Part shown: one piece after another, positions 10,699 through 22,977 of the stretch
Layout: every line of letters begins with the position of its first letter
Numbering within the stretch: the stretch's first letter is position 1
DNA from: Chlorokybus atmophyticus
Lineage: Eukaryota > Plantae > Mesostigma and Chlorokybus algae
Assembly (NCBI GenBank): GCA_009103225.1
Contig: RHPI01003156.1
Location: 226,537-290,536 of the forward strand
DNA: 64,000 nt
Direction of reading: 5' to 3'
Position numbers and translations under genes: made by a program
Notes under the pieces: model-generated
Told to the model about the DNA's origin: nothing
Databases searched by the model: none
Seen by the model: the letters and a program-made list of their open reading frames with translations, nothing else

Positions 10699-12506
10699 CA
10701 GTGGGAGTATTCGCAAGGTGTATGTCCAATCCTACCATGGAGCATTGGAAAGCTGCAGTTGGAGTTCTAAGATACATTTGAGGGACTACATTTGTTGGGG
10801 TCTTTTTCGCTAGAGAAAAGACTGGACTTAAAGGCTTTTGTGATGTTGACTTGCTAAAGATCTGCACAACCGCAAGTTTATATATGGATTCGCCTTCATG
10901 CTAAATGGTAGCTCGATGAGTTGGAGTTCTAAACTTTAAGCTACCGTGGCAGTCTCAACTGCTGAGGCTGAGCACATCGCTGCGTCCCATGCTATAAAGA
11001 AGCAATGTGGCCGAGAGATTTCATGACTAATCTGAGCTATGAGCCAAGCTACGTGAGGTTATACTGTAACGGGAACGCCATTATACTGACGAAGCACCAA
11101 GTGGCTTTTGTTCGTGCTAAGCACATTGATGTGGTGCATCATGTTGTGCGCGTGAGAGTTGCAAGGATGAAGGTGCGATTTAAGTTTTGCAAGACTGAAG
11201 ACATTTTGGCAAACGTCTTCACCAAGGTCCTTCCTCTACCCAAGTTCAAGACATGCTACTCTAGACTTGGCATTTGGTAACTGCCTGCACGGGAGTGTTA
11301 GAGAAGACCCGCCTGATCTTAAGTTAATGGAATTAAACTCGCCTTGGGTTTATTCCATCATTTATGAATATGAATAGCTTGGTTTGAAACTCGATTTATG
11401 TGGACAACCGCAAGTTTATATCTGGATTCGCCTTTATGCTGAATGGTAGCTCAATGAGCTAGAGTTATAAACTGTAGGCTACTGTGGCAATCTCAACTGC
11501 TGAGGCTGAGCACATCGCTGCGTCCCATGCTATGCCGGAAGCAAGGCGGCTGAGAGTTTTCATGACTAATCTGGGCTATGAGCCAAGCTGTGTAAGATTA
11601 TACTGTAACAACCGGAGTGCCATCAAACTGACGAAGCACCAAGTTGCTTTTGTTCGTGCTAAGCACATTGATGTGGTGCATCTTGTTGTGCGCGTGAGAG
11701 TTGCAAGGATGGAGGTACAATTTAAGTTCCGCAAGACTGAAGACATTTTCGCGAACGTCTTCACTAAGGTCCTTTCTCTATCCAAGTTTAAAACATGCTG
11801 CTCTACACTTGTCATGTTGTGACTGCCTGCGTTGGAGTGTTAGAGACCCGCCTAATCTTAAGCATAGTTACAAAGTACGCAATACGCGTACTAGTACGTG
11901 GTATGCAAAGTACGCATGTTTTTTCGTACTTTTTCCACAGTACGTCGGCCGGTACGTATTTCATATCTTGTTCATGCGTACGATTGATAAACATTGGTAT
12001 TGTTTGTGATGCAATATATGTGCTAACAAGTGGTGGGCAACTCGTTGTACATTATAATGACATCATCACACACTGCTTGATATGATGTGATATGAATGGA
12101 GTCATTTATCAATCGTAATGCTTTTGCATAACATGTTATTACATGACATCACACCACTTTTAAAAAGATGCTTTATTACTTGCAGTGCCGATAGATGAGG
12201 TGGGTCGCACGGCGCTGCCGCGACCTACCCGCCGCGTGAGGTCGCGCGCGCGGCACGTCACCAAAGGCCGTTTGCTGCGCTATCGGCGGTTATTTCCGAA
12301 AAATGACCTATTGTAGCCCAATAACGTACGATTTCCGGTACTTTCAACGTATTATCAATAACTGCTTGCTGTACGCGTACTATTGCGTATTATTTTGCCA
12401 AAAGTCGCGTACTTTGTTGCTATGATCTTAAGTAAATGGAATTAAACCCGCCTTGAGTTTATTCAATCAGTTATGAAATAGCTTGGTCTCAAACTCGGTT
12501 TATGTG
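10699..12506 (+). mobile_element. Ty1/copia remnant (RT end, RNase H, LTR start) with a ~538-bp tandem duplication
   Basis: CMSNPTMEHWKAAVGVLRYI, VAVSTAEAEHIA and RAKHIDVVHH...ANVFTK are copia RNase H motifs. PPT-like GGGAG then TGTTAGAG at 11296. The unit from 10867 repeats from 11405. Confidence 0.88.
11863..12424. mobile_element. Non-autonomous hAT-like DNA transposon (MITE), 562 bp
   Basis: 18-bp TIRs (CATAGTTACAAAGTACGC and the reverse complement of GCGTACTTTGTTGCTATG, 16/18 match). 8-bp TSD ATCTTAAG at 11855-11862 and 12425-12432. The upstream duplicate has a single ATCTTAAG. Confidence 0.92.
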
Positions 12507-12873
12507 ATACTTAAATTAACTGTAGATACATAGATTTTAACATCACTTGTACATCAAATATCGAGGCTAGACTGCCCAGGTATTAATAGCTGCTGTACTG
12601 AATGTGCAATTAAAGAAAGAGAGGTTAGTTTTGCGTCAGGAGTCTTGGTCGCATGTAAAGTTTTGGCATCCGTAATGCAGCGGCCCACATTAAAGGGTGC
12701 CCATTTGCGGGCGACTAGCGGACTCAAAGGGTTTGCAGCGTCAAACTAATCTGGGGCTTTTGAGATTGCATCTGAAGGTACCTTGATGGTGCGAGCGCAG
12801 TGTGACACTGTGCAAAGTATGTGATACTGCGCACGGATGGAAGTGTGCGAATGCGCCAAACGCATTTCGTGGA

Positions 12874-13849
12874 TGTAATGATACCACTACTTACTGGGTG
12901 GTCAACTTGGCAAACTTATACACAAACATCTAGGACTTACAGCGGAAGCCCCACCAGCACCACGGTGCAGTACGTGGCAAGGGAAGTTGCAGCAGCGCAT
13001 TAAGGGAGGAGATGACCACCATCATCTCCACATAGCTCCAGCCCCAAGCACACTTTGACAAAACACACTCACATGCACATACAACACCCCACCCCACAAG
13101 GGATGAGGGGAGAGCCCCTGCAACAGCTACATCCAGGCACCCCACACGCAGGTGGACCTCTAATGATGAATATACTCTTATCCCTTCTCAAGGATGCTAC
13201 ATAGCATATATACCACTTGCTGCTGTCCCGACCTGGCACGCAAAATGTCAAAGACTGAACATTGGAGCCGTAACCACTAGGCCATCGCAGCAAAAGTCGC
13301 TGCCATAGGAAGAGCCACATGTCTAATATATGCCCCAGCCCATATATGTTACAAAGACTCTCAAAGCCTTATCACTGTGTGCTGATCTTGTTCAAACATA
13401 AGAACCAACAAATTGCTCTTGAGAGTATTAAACCATCTCGGTTCTCCTTGAAAGTACCAACCTAGCCTTGGAAACACGAACATATGGTCTCCTAGAACAG
13501 TAGCACTTGCGGATTGCCCCTATAAAAGCATCACGTAACCTTGCAGTTGTCACTATGGTGGCACTATCACAGGAAGAGCCTGTGGTTTCCCAAATTGGTC
13601 TTTGTTGGAGCTGTCAAATCCTGTCGCAACTCACATGTATGGGCCTCAAGCAGCAACCCGCTCTGTGCTAGCCTCAGCAATGCCTTGTAGATTATCGCAC
13701 CTAAGGCCGTCTATGCTCAAAAGTAGACCTACATGAGAGCGCCCCACAAGCACTACACATGCTTATGGAATGGAACTCCCATGTAGCCTCTTCTTACTCA
13801 CATAAACAAGGGATATAAAATGAATTTTGCCGACTTTATAAGCGTGACA
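12874..13849 (-). mobile_element. Solo LTR of a related gypsy subfamily
   Basis: Reverse complement starts TGTCACGC and ends ATTACA, with blocks homologous to the 3305 LTR (e.g. TGTGTAGTGCTTGTGGG..CTCTCATGTAGGTCT and GCGTGTGGGGTGCCT..GGGGCTCTCCC). Flanks GTGGA/ATGGA form a 5-bp TSD with one mismatch. Confidence 0.85.
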
Positions 13850-14909
13850 ATGGAGTTAAATCGCACGCTACACGACAATCGATAAGAATGGGCACGCATT
13901 ACACAAGCGCAGCACATGGATCATAAATTCAAGTACGAGCTGGAAATTAGCTGTATTGCGCCAAACTGAAAAGACATCTATACAAGTTACAACAGACCTC
14001 ATCTTTTGTGTTGTCCCAATAAATGCGCGATGCACCGCAGTGCATAGCAAATATCAAAAGTGGAGATAGGCTAGTTGAGTTGTTGAGGTGGTTTTTGTGA
14101 AGTTATGGTTGACTCAAAACTCTTCAATGCAGCGCGTTACCTTGCAATTGAGTTGCCCACTTGACTCATCGTGCTCGTTGGTTTGTAAGTTAATGGTGGT
14201 TGTGATGACATGTGATGTCCCCGTCTGGCGTCACTTGCGTACACGCGCGTCATACAAGTTCGACCGTCCATTGGTTCTGATGCAAATCATACGTCACGAA
14301 AACATGCAAAGAAGAGAGATAAAACCCACCACAAGCGAAACAGGTCATTGTGGCGGCAGGCAAAGGCAGAGAAGGGAGCGCGTTCCTGCTGCACTGACCG
14401 CCTGACTGTTTCTCTCTCAACAAGTTGCACCACGATGCCTGCGCACCGTTGCATGCGGTTCGCTGTGACATTCAATTCCGGATCTAATAGAGTGAAGCGG
14501 ATTATCAAGATTATGCATCCCGCCCCGTTCCCCTTAGCGAGTGTACAAAGGAGGTGCAAGCCTCTATGTGGCGTGTGTGTGCAAAGGGGGCGTGCCAGGA
14601 TGCAAGCGTAGACACGTGCAGGGCTTGCTGCCGGCTGCTTTCCATAGTTGCGTCCACCGCACTGCCCATTGTAGGCAATGTGAACGCCATGCGGATTATG
14701 CTCTACATTGCTGCACTACACATGCCACTCACAGTGGCTAGCAACTGACCCGTACACAACTTCTGCTTATACTTGTCATTCAGAACACTTGGTCATAACT
14801 TTCCACACAGCATGACAACGGAACCATCTAAGCAATTGTAAAGCCTGAATGGGCAAGATCTTACAATATACAAGCTTTTATGTATGTACAACGCATGTGC
14901 TGGTGTGCA

Positions 14910-17900
14910 CTACGAGAGTGGCCGATACTCCTCGTCATAATACTGTACAAGCCTTTGCAAGCGAGCTGTAACGGTGGCGTGCATGGGCAGAAGCGAGCGC
15001 GAGCGTGGCGGCGGCAAGAAGCTCGTGCGCAGCCACGCCAAAGCATACAACTCCGCCGCCACTGTCTTGACCATCACCTTGGCCGCGTGCTCATCAACAG
15101 CAGTGGCTTCTGCCGCGTTGTGGCACACAATGAGCTCCAGGCCGAGCACGCTGGGCCAGTCACTCACGTGCCGGATGGCGTGGTCGGGCAAGGCGGCTGC
15201 GGGCGGGGCCACAATGTGGGCCGAAGCTAGCACGGGTGCCGGTATGCGTGTTTTCCTCGCCTGCATAAGGTCGGTGTGCAGAGGGGGTGCGGGCGAGTGA
15301 CCCGCATGAGTAACTATGAAAGGGAAGCGCGCGGTGAGAGGGTGAGAAGGCGATCCGGACACTGGACCTGCGCAAGTGGATGCAGCTATCAGTTGTAGCA
15401 TGATGCATGCTGTTGTCATGCGTGTTTGTGCTACCATGTGTGCGTACTTGTGGGCGGGTTGGCCTCGATGGCGGGCAGAAGCTGAATGTTGGACTGTGTG
15501 GCGGGTATTGCGCACACGCAAACGGAGCTAACGCCTTCTGTTTGCAAATTTGCCGAGCACGAAAGAGCCGCCTGCCAAGCTGCAACAACACACGGGGTAT
15601 AAAGTCAGTGGCCGTGCATAACCCGTTATACACATGAGCGCGCACGCACACCCACCCTCCCGATCAGCTGCAGTGAGTGCCCCGAGAGCCGTGATGACAA
15701 TCCGGCGAGGCATGGACGTGTCCGCACTGCGCAGCAGCTCAAAACCCTGCATGAGTGCTCTTTGTCAGCACAGCAACTGCCACGCCAACCACATACCAAC
15801 GACCAATGCCCACCTGGCGCAGGATTGCGCGCAAGTTGTGCGTGAGGCGTGCTGCACTGTCCGCGTGAGCGTCCGACACGACCACCCCAGGACTCCACCT
15901 CGTTGCAAACTCATCCTGTGACAGCATGAGACATGTGCCTTTGCAGATGCAAAGAGGGGGAGGGTGCTTACAACAGGTGTTGCGTTGTGGGTGTGCACAC
16001 CTGTGGCGTGAGAGGTGCCGCTTCACCGTGCGCAGTGCCGGGACCGGCATAACTCACAAAAGAGTCGAGCAGCTCTCCCCGCGCGTCTGTCCACACAGAT
16101 ACAACCCACCTCCCGCTCTGTCCATGAGGGCGTTGTTACTACACTACCCACACAGCATGACATGCACCCTGGCAACTGTTTGTGCGTTACCTGTGTCACT
16201 GAGTACGAGCAGTGGAAGGCGGGAGGCTCGGCGTCAGCAGCATTGCCAGGAGCAGCGTTGGCATCAGCAAGGATCGCAAACGGCTCGTACAGGAGTCCGG
16301 GCGCACTGGAGTCTGTAGCAGCATTGGCAGTGCTGCAACACAGCCAACATACGCACACACATCAGTGCCTTCTGTTCCAGCGTTATCATTCACGTGTACC
16401 ACGCTCACCTCGGTATGGGGAATGGGAGGGGCGAAGGGACAATGCTTGCAAACGCATCATCAGAAGCGTTACCGCCAGCGTCATGGGTCGCGGTGATTTC
16501 CAGACCGCTGATGTGGTTTGCATGTACGTGGCGCGGCATGCGTCGTATCTTAGCGTAGACGGAGAACGCGATGTTCTTCAGCGAGGCCGGGGACGCGTGT
16601 ACCGTGCTGCCCACGCGCATCACTTGCTCGGGAGACAAGAAGTGCACGGTAAGGGTCATGCCAGCAAGACCACGCGCGACGGCGCTGGATGGCGGGGCGA
16701 GGTGATGGCATGCATCTGCAATGATGTCGAGGGTGCTTTTGGCATCGGTAAGAGGGAGAATGATGTAGAGCACGCGGGCGGTGTCGTGCTCCGGATCCAT
16801 GAGTTTGCTCGTGTTCGTGGCCTGGGCTATGCGGGCGCAAGCCTTGTGCAGAGATGCGCGGTAGGCTTCTACTTGAGTTAGACTCAGCCGCACGGGATTG
16901 CTGCTATCAACGTCTCTCACGTCTATGCTTATCAACCCGTGCGCATTCGCGCCATTGACACTGGCGTTGGCGCTGTGGCTGCCAAGGTTGCACACCTCAT
17001 AGACTGCGCACGCAAAAGCAAAGTCACACAACCACGACACAGAGCCGCGAAATGGGGACTGTCTAGCTCACCCGCAGTCAGCTCGTGGAAGAACTCCGCT
17101 GCCGCATTGGTGAGGGTCCCAATGGAGGGGCAAAGCACTTGATAAGCAACCTGCGAGTATGTGACGCGACACGGCATGAGAAAGCGTGTCCGCATGGGTG
17201 CAGAATGGGTACGCAAGCACTTACCGGCTTGGGCGACGCGTAAGGCTCCAACGGGGCTTTGTCCCACAACTGCATCGTGTCCGGCGACACTTGCAGCCAG
17301 TCTTCATGAAACCTGCAATTGATGACTGTTCTCACCACGGCTCACGCACAACAACTGGGGCACGCTCAACAACCAACTGCTGCACTTACCCGGCCAGAAG
17401 CAAGGGTGTTCGCAAAGGTGTCACGCTGTCCGCACAGTCCGCGAGCGTGGCATGTGCATATGCGCAGCCCCCACCCAAAGACGCCACAAACGCCGGCACC
17501 ACATCAGCTCTCAACAGGTTGCTTGCGAGTGTCGGTGACAGCTGGCACAAAGCAGCAACGTGTCACAACGCGATCATCATCAACCTGCTGCACGACACGA
17601 TATGTACACACGTACACGCACCTCGGCAAACAGTGGGTCTGGAGGATCCATTGCATTGGGCTCAGTGACCAAGTCGGCAATGGACAGCTGATGCGAGCGC
17701 GTGCGTGTGCGCGACGCCAAGAACGCCAGCGGACCATCCCTGTAAGAAGTCACACGGACTCAGCTCTTGGCCCGGCAGTGCGCACGCAACACGTACAGGC
17801 ATACACGCAACGCGCACATGTTGGCTCCCTCGAGGGCGAGGTCGAAGGTGGCCACAGTCTGCTGCGCCAGCAGACACGCAGCGGCCGCGATGTCGGTGTG

Positions 17901-20900
17901 AGACAGGCCTGCCAGCTGGGCGGGCGAGCCCTCGTCCGCGATGTGGATGGATGCGGATGCTTGCTGGTTGCTGCTGCTGCCGGTGTTGTCTGTTGCCAGC
18001 GACAGCTGGTGGCGGCGCAGGAGCTCGGCTTCTGTGGCAAGCACGGCCACGAGCACGGATGGAGCCGGGTCAGGCGTGCGCGTTGCTGTCACTGCGAGTT
18101 GCGACGTTGCCGACAACTCGACCGTGACCGCGGAAGAGCTTGTGCACGCGTGAGATGCTGGCTTGTTGCGCAGCATAGCTTCAGCCTTCACACGCTGCAA
18201 TCAAGAAGGCCCAAGAAAAGAATTGATACATAATATGCACGTGCGCACGCGCACGTGTGCGCATGCATCCATCTTCCAAGCGGTGTACCTTGCGGGAGAC
18301 GTCTGTGACAGCGGAGCCATCTGAGGTAAAGTGCCCAGCGTAAGTCAGGCCTCTTTTGGGGATGTTTTGCGCGCAGAAGGCTTTTACATATGCCCCCGGA
18401 TCGTAAGCATACTCCTGACCCCTGCTGGTTCTCCTCACGGAGACCTTGCACACGTACTCTTCGGGGCAGTAGCCTCGCGCATCCTCGAGCTTGGACTGCT
18501 CGTAGTCCTCGTCAGACCCTCTCTCTCGCCGCGTGGAACCCAGCGACGCATGCCAGTGGCTGCTCGTCACAACCGACGGCATGTCCACAATCCAACTCGG
18601 GACCGTCACAACCTCATCCTCGGTGGGCTCAGGAACTGCAGTGCCAGAAGACGTGTGCACAAAGTTACGGGCAGTGTACACAAGGGAGTCAATATGCTCA
18701 ACCTGCTGGGGTGGCGACGCAGTGTGCAGGCGTGAATGCGGGTGCTGGCGTGTAAGGGTTGCCAGGCGTGCCGACGAATGACGAGGGCGTGCCCACGCCC
18801 GCGTGCGGCGTCGTGCTCGGCCTGTCGTCTGCAAAAGATGTGTGGAGGGTTGTACGCGTGGGCTGTGCGGTTATCATTTCTTTCTATAGGTGAAGTGCGT
18901 TTTGTCACCTGGTGGCGTGGGTGCCATCAGCATGGACAGAGCCGACACGCCTTCAGGATGCGACAGCGTGCGTGCGTAAAGTGTAGTTGCCGGGGAGGCC
19001 GCCATCATGCTAACGTTCACCTGCACAACAACCAGCTACTCATGTGCTCACTGGAAACAAAGCACACAGACAGCATGTCTCACTCACGTTGGAGTCGGTG
19101 CCGGGTGTTGAGGAGGCGTACAGGGTTGTTGTTGTGGTGTGACCACTCTTTTCCGCACCTCCATCGTCAAACACGTCGTTGAAGGCGATGTCGTCGATGT
19201 TGCCAAAGTCCCCGAGGTCGGCGAGCTCGATCTTGTCGATATCGTAGTCGTCGAACACGTTGTCCGCGCCGCCAGCGCTGCTGCTTTTAGCCGCATCCAA
19301 CGAGGAGTCGCCCCAGGGTGACGTGTACGTTGTTGCGTTGGGTACCGATGTCGACGTGGTTGTGTGGTGCTGCTCCGCTTTGCTGGCAAAGTGCTGCTGG
19401 GCGGTGTTGTCTTTTGTTCGTGTGGCTGTGTCGGTGGCTAAGCCACTGCGGGTCCTCTTGCCAGTTGCTCGTTTCTGCAACAGCAACGCGCGTATTACAG
19501 CGTATACACATATAACATGGCAGCGTGCTACACACTGGCTCACCTGACTCTCGGGTGCTGATAGACTGCACGCATCAAGGTCAAACTGTCAGATACATAA
19601 AAGCTTTGGCAGAATGTGTGTACATATGCAGCGAGCTGCCTACCTTCCTGCTTTGCCACCCTGAGCAATCACGGTCTGACTAGCCTTCTCTGCGCAACAG
19701 ATCTCAGCACGTGTACACATGTACGCACTCACAAACACTCTTTCTACCCTCACTTGCTGCGTCATCGCTGTCGGCGTCGCTGCTGCTGTCGCTGGCGCCG
19801 TCATCCTCGCTGTCGCCGCTGCTGTCGCCGCTGCTGTCGCCCTCGTCAGCTTCGTCCGGCCCGGCCCCGCCACTGCTGCTAGTTGCGGACTCGTTGTCGT
19901 CACCGCGCAAACTGACACAACAACACGTCTCAAGGCCATGGCAACGACAGAATGCTGTGAACCTGCACTTGACTGTGAGCGTGATTTACCTGGTGGGAGC
20001 GTCTTTCACGTAGGACAGGATAGAGTCTTCCACCCACTCGCACGCTCCACTGTCACCCAGCCAGCACCTGCAAGCAACTCTGGCTATGAGCCACAGTTGC
20101 ACAACCTGAGACACACAACCCGACATCACGTTTGCATCATGTGCATGCCTGCGCAGCATGGTGAATGGCGGCAGCGTGTCGACGCGCGGCAGGAGCAAAG
20201 CGTGTGCCGGAAACAGCAGCGGCGGCTGCGTGGGGCCGTCCGTGGCCCACCTCACCTCGTAATGGCTATCATTGCTCTTGCCATCGACAGCGTTGTTCCT
20301 GCGCTTGAGCTCTGCAATGACGGGGGTGGAGGCGCGCGACACGAGGGTGGCGGGGGTGCCGTAGGGGGAGGTGATGACGCGGGTGCGCGCTTTATTGTTA
20401 TGTTTGTGCTTATTCTTGTTGTTGGTGACAACATCAATCGCATTGGGGAAGCGCACATTGCGTGATGAGAAGCGCACGTGCGCGGTGATGGTTCCACTTG
20501 CGTGTGCCACGAAGGACAACTGGCAGGACGGCAATGGCGATGAGGAGGACGGCGATAGCGCCCGTGTGCAAACGTACAAGCCTCCGAACGACGACCACTC
20601 GCGCTCACATAATGCCCGCCCCACGCGCACCTGCACTTGCGCACACGAGTGTGATGCTGTGAGGTTCTTGCGCTTGGTTCACTACTGAAACAACCTGTCG
20701 TGAACTTGACCATTCAGGCAGTTCGGTCACTACACTGCTGTCATAGCGACATGATTTACGCGTGGCAACAGCTTGAAGTGTGGGAATTGCCAATGCTGTT
20801 GTATGCATTTCTTTGCAACATTGATTATGTCTAAACAGTTGTGACCCATGCGAACAACCACTCTGTACCCCTGTGCGCCTACAATGATTGCTGTGCGCGT

Positions 20901-21343
20901 GTTTATCATCTTGCCTTTGTCATGTACTCCAGAATTAGTGAACCCATTGAGCTGGCTGGCGCGCGAGTGTGCATTTGTGAGTGTTTGTGCATGCGTGTGT
21001 GGAAGTGTACACCTCTCACCTGCAAAGCATGGGCGAGGGCGAGCCAGACGGGCGGCGGTGCGAGGGCGGGACGGGCAGTGCCACAGTCTATTTCCACCAG
21101 CAAGGTGGTAGTTGCTGTTGCTGGCATTGCTGTGCCTATCCCTGGCGGCGACAGGGGCAGTGTTTCAGCCGCCCCACCCGTGAACACCCACAGCTCGCCC
21201 GCGGTGAGGGCGGTGAGGCGGCCCTCAGCCAGCAGCGCCAGGTGGGCGTCCACCACCGCAGTTGAAGACGTGGAGGCATTCCATCGCCTCCAAGAGACCT
21301 CCTCTAGGCCGGACAGGGACAGCGCCGCCGCCGCCCACACCAT
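14910..21343 (-). CDS. MED13: Mediator complex subunit 13 (multi-exon)
   Basis: Plant MED13 motifs: N-terminal LSGLEEVSW...ELWVF, LADLGDFG, EDWLQVSPDTMQLWDKAPLEPYASPKP, LKNIAFSVYAKIRR, and C-terminal VAAELYALAWL...LPMHATVTARLQRL. Confidence 0.9.
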
Positions 21344-22344
21344 CGCGGACGCCGCCCATGCACGGGCGGGGCAGCATGCGCTCAACAAGGGCAGCCGTTT
21401 GAGCTTGTGGGCAGGTTGCTTATAGTCATACTGTGTCGTAAAAGTTATCCAAAGTCTCGTCCGCTGTGGCGGCCACAACTGACGCTGTTGTTGTCAAGGA
21501 TTTTACCACTTGCTTGTTGAGTGCAGGCTTGCGTCGCAAGCTTGTGCATGACTGTTTCAAATAATTCACGAGTTATTGCTACGTATCAAAAACATGCTTG
21601 GATATGACCAAGAATTTTACATGTTGATGCTACATGTACGCATAAACATGTTGCCATTATGTGTTTGTACTTAGTATACGAGATGAATATTGGTCGAAAG
21701 AAAGCACACTCATTGTTACTTGAACTACAACTTATCAGCGATAAAAGCAACATAGTAAAAACAGCTAATATTAATTGCCATTTATTTTTTGTCATATATA
21801 CTAATTATCGCCTTGCAATTTAGCAGCTACAATATACCACATCTTACCAAATCTTAGCTCACCACGCAAATGCCATTATAACATCCAAACATCTCGTGAC
21901 GACGTAAAACCTTTATAAAAGGTGCCGGTCATGTTGATGTTGATTTCAACGCTTATTTTTCTTTTCTCGATAACATCCCATGGATATGTTGATTCATGTG
22001 CAATGCATAATGGTTTCTAGCAAAAAGGTGGGGTGGGGGGTGGTATGGGGTGGGGTGGGATATATTTTTTGAATTGCGCATATATTACCTTTGCTTGTAC
22101 AACAACTTCCAACCATGACAATATGACAATATAGGTGTATGTGTGTGTCAACATTTCTGTCAACACTGTTACGCAGCATGATGCCTAGACATGGTCATGT
22201 ACATATCATGGTTGTTGTCAACGTTTTAACTATGTGAACGCAACATTGGTTTTGAACGGTGAGTGTGCCATAGACAGCAATGCGCTAAGTGCGTTTGGTG
22301 CTTGCAAATGGCAACAAGTCAAGCATATACAGTGTCCCCCCCCN

Positions 22345-22966
<622 letters not shown>

Positions 22967-22977
22967 ATCACTCTCAC

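Noticed and set aside
12780-13935. CKVC...H peptide obtained by removing the solo LTR (possible BED-like finger)
   Set aside because: Short, bounded by stops, and with no transposase context.
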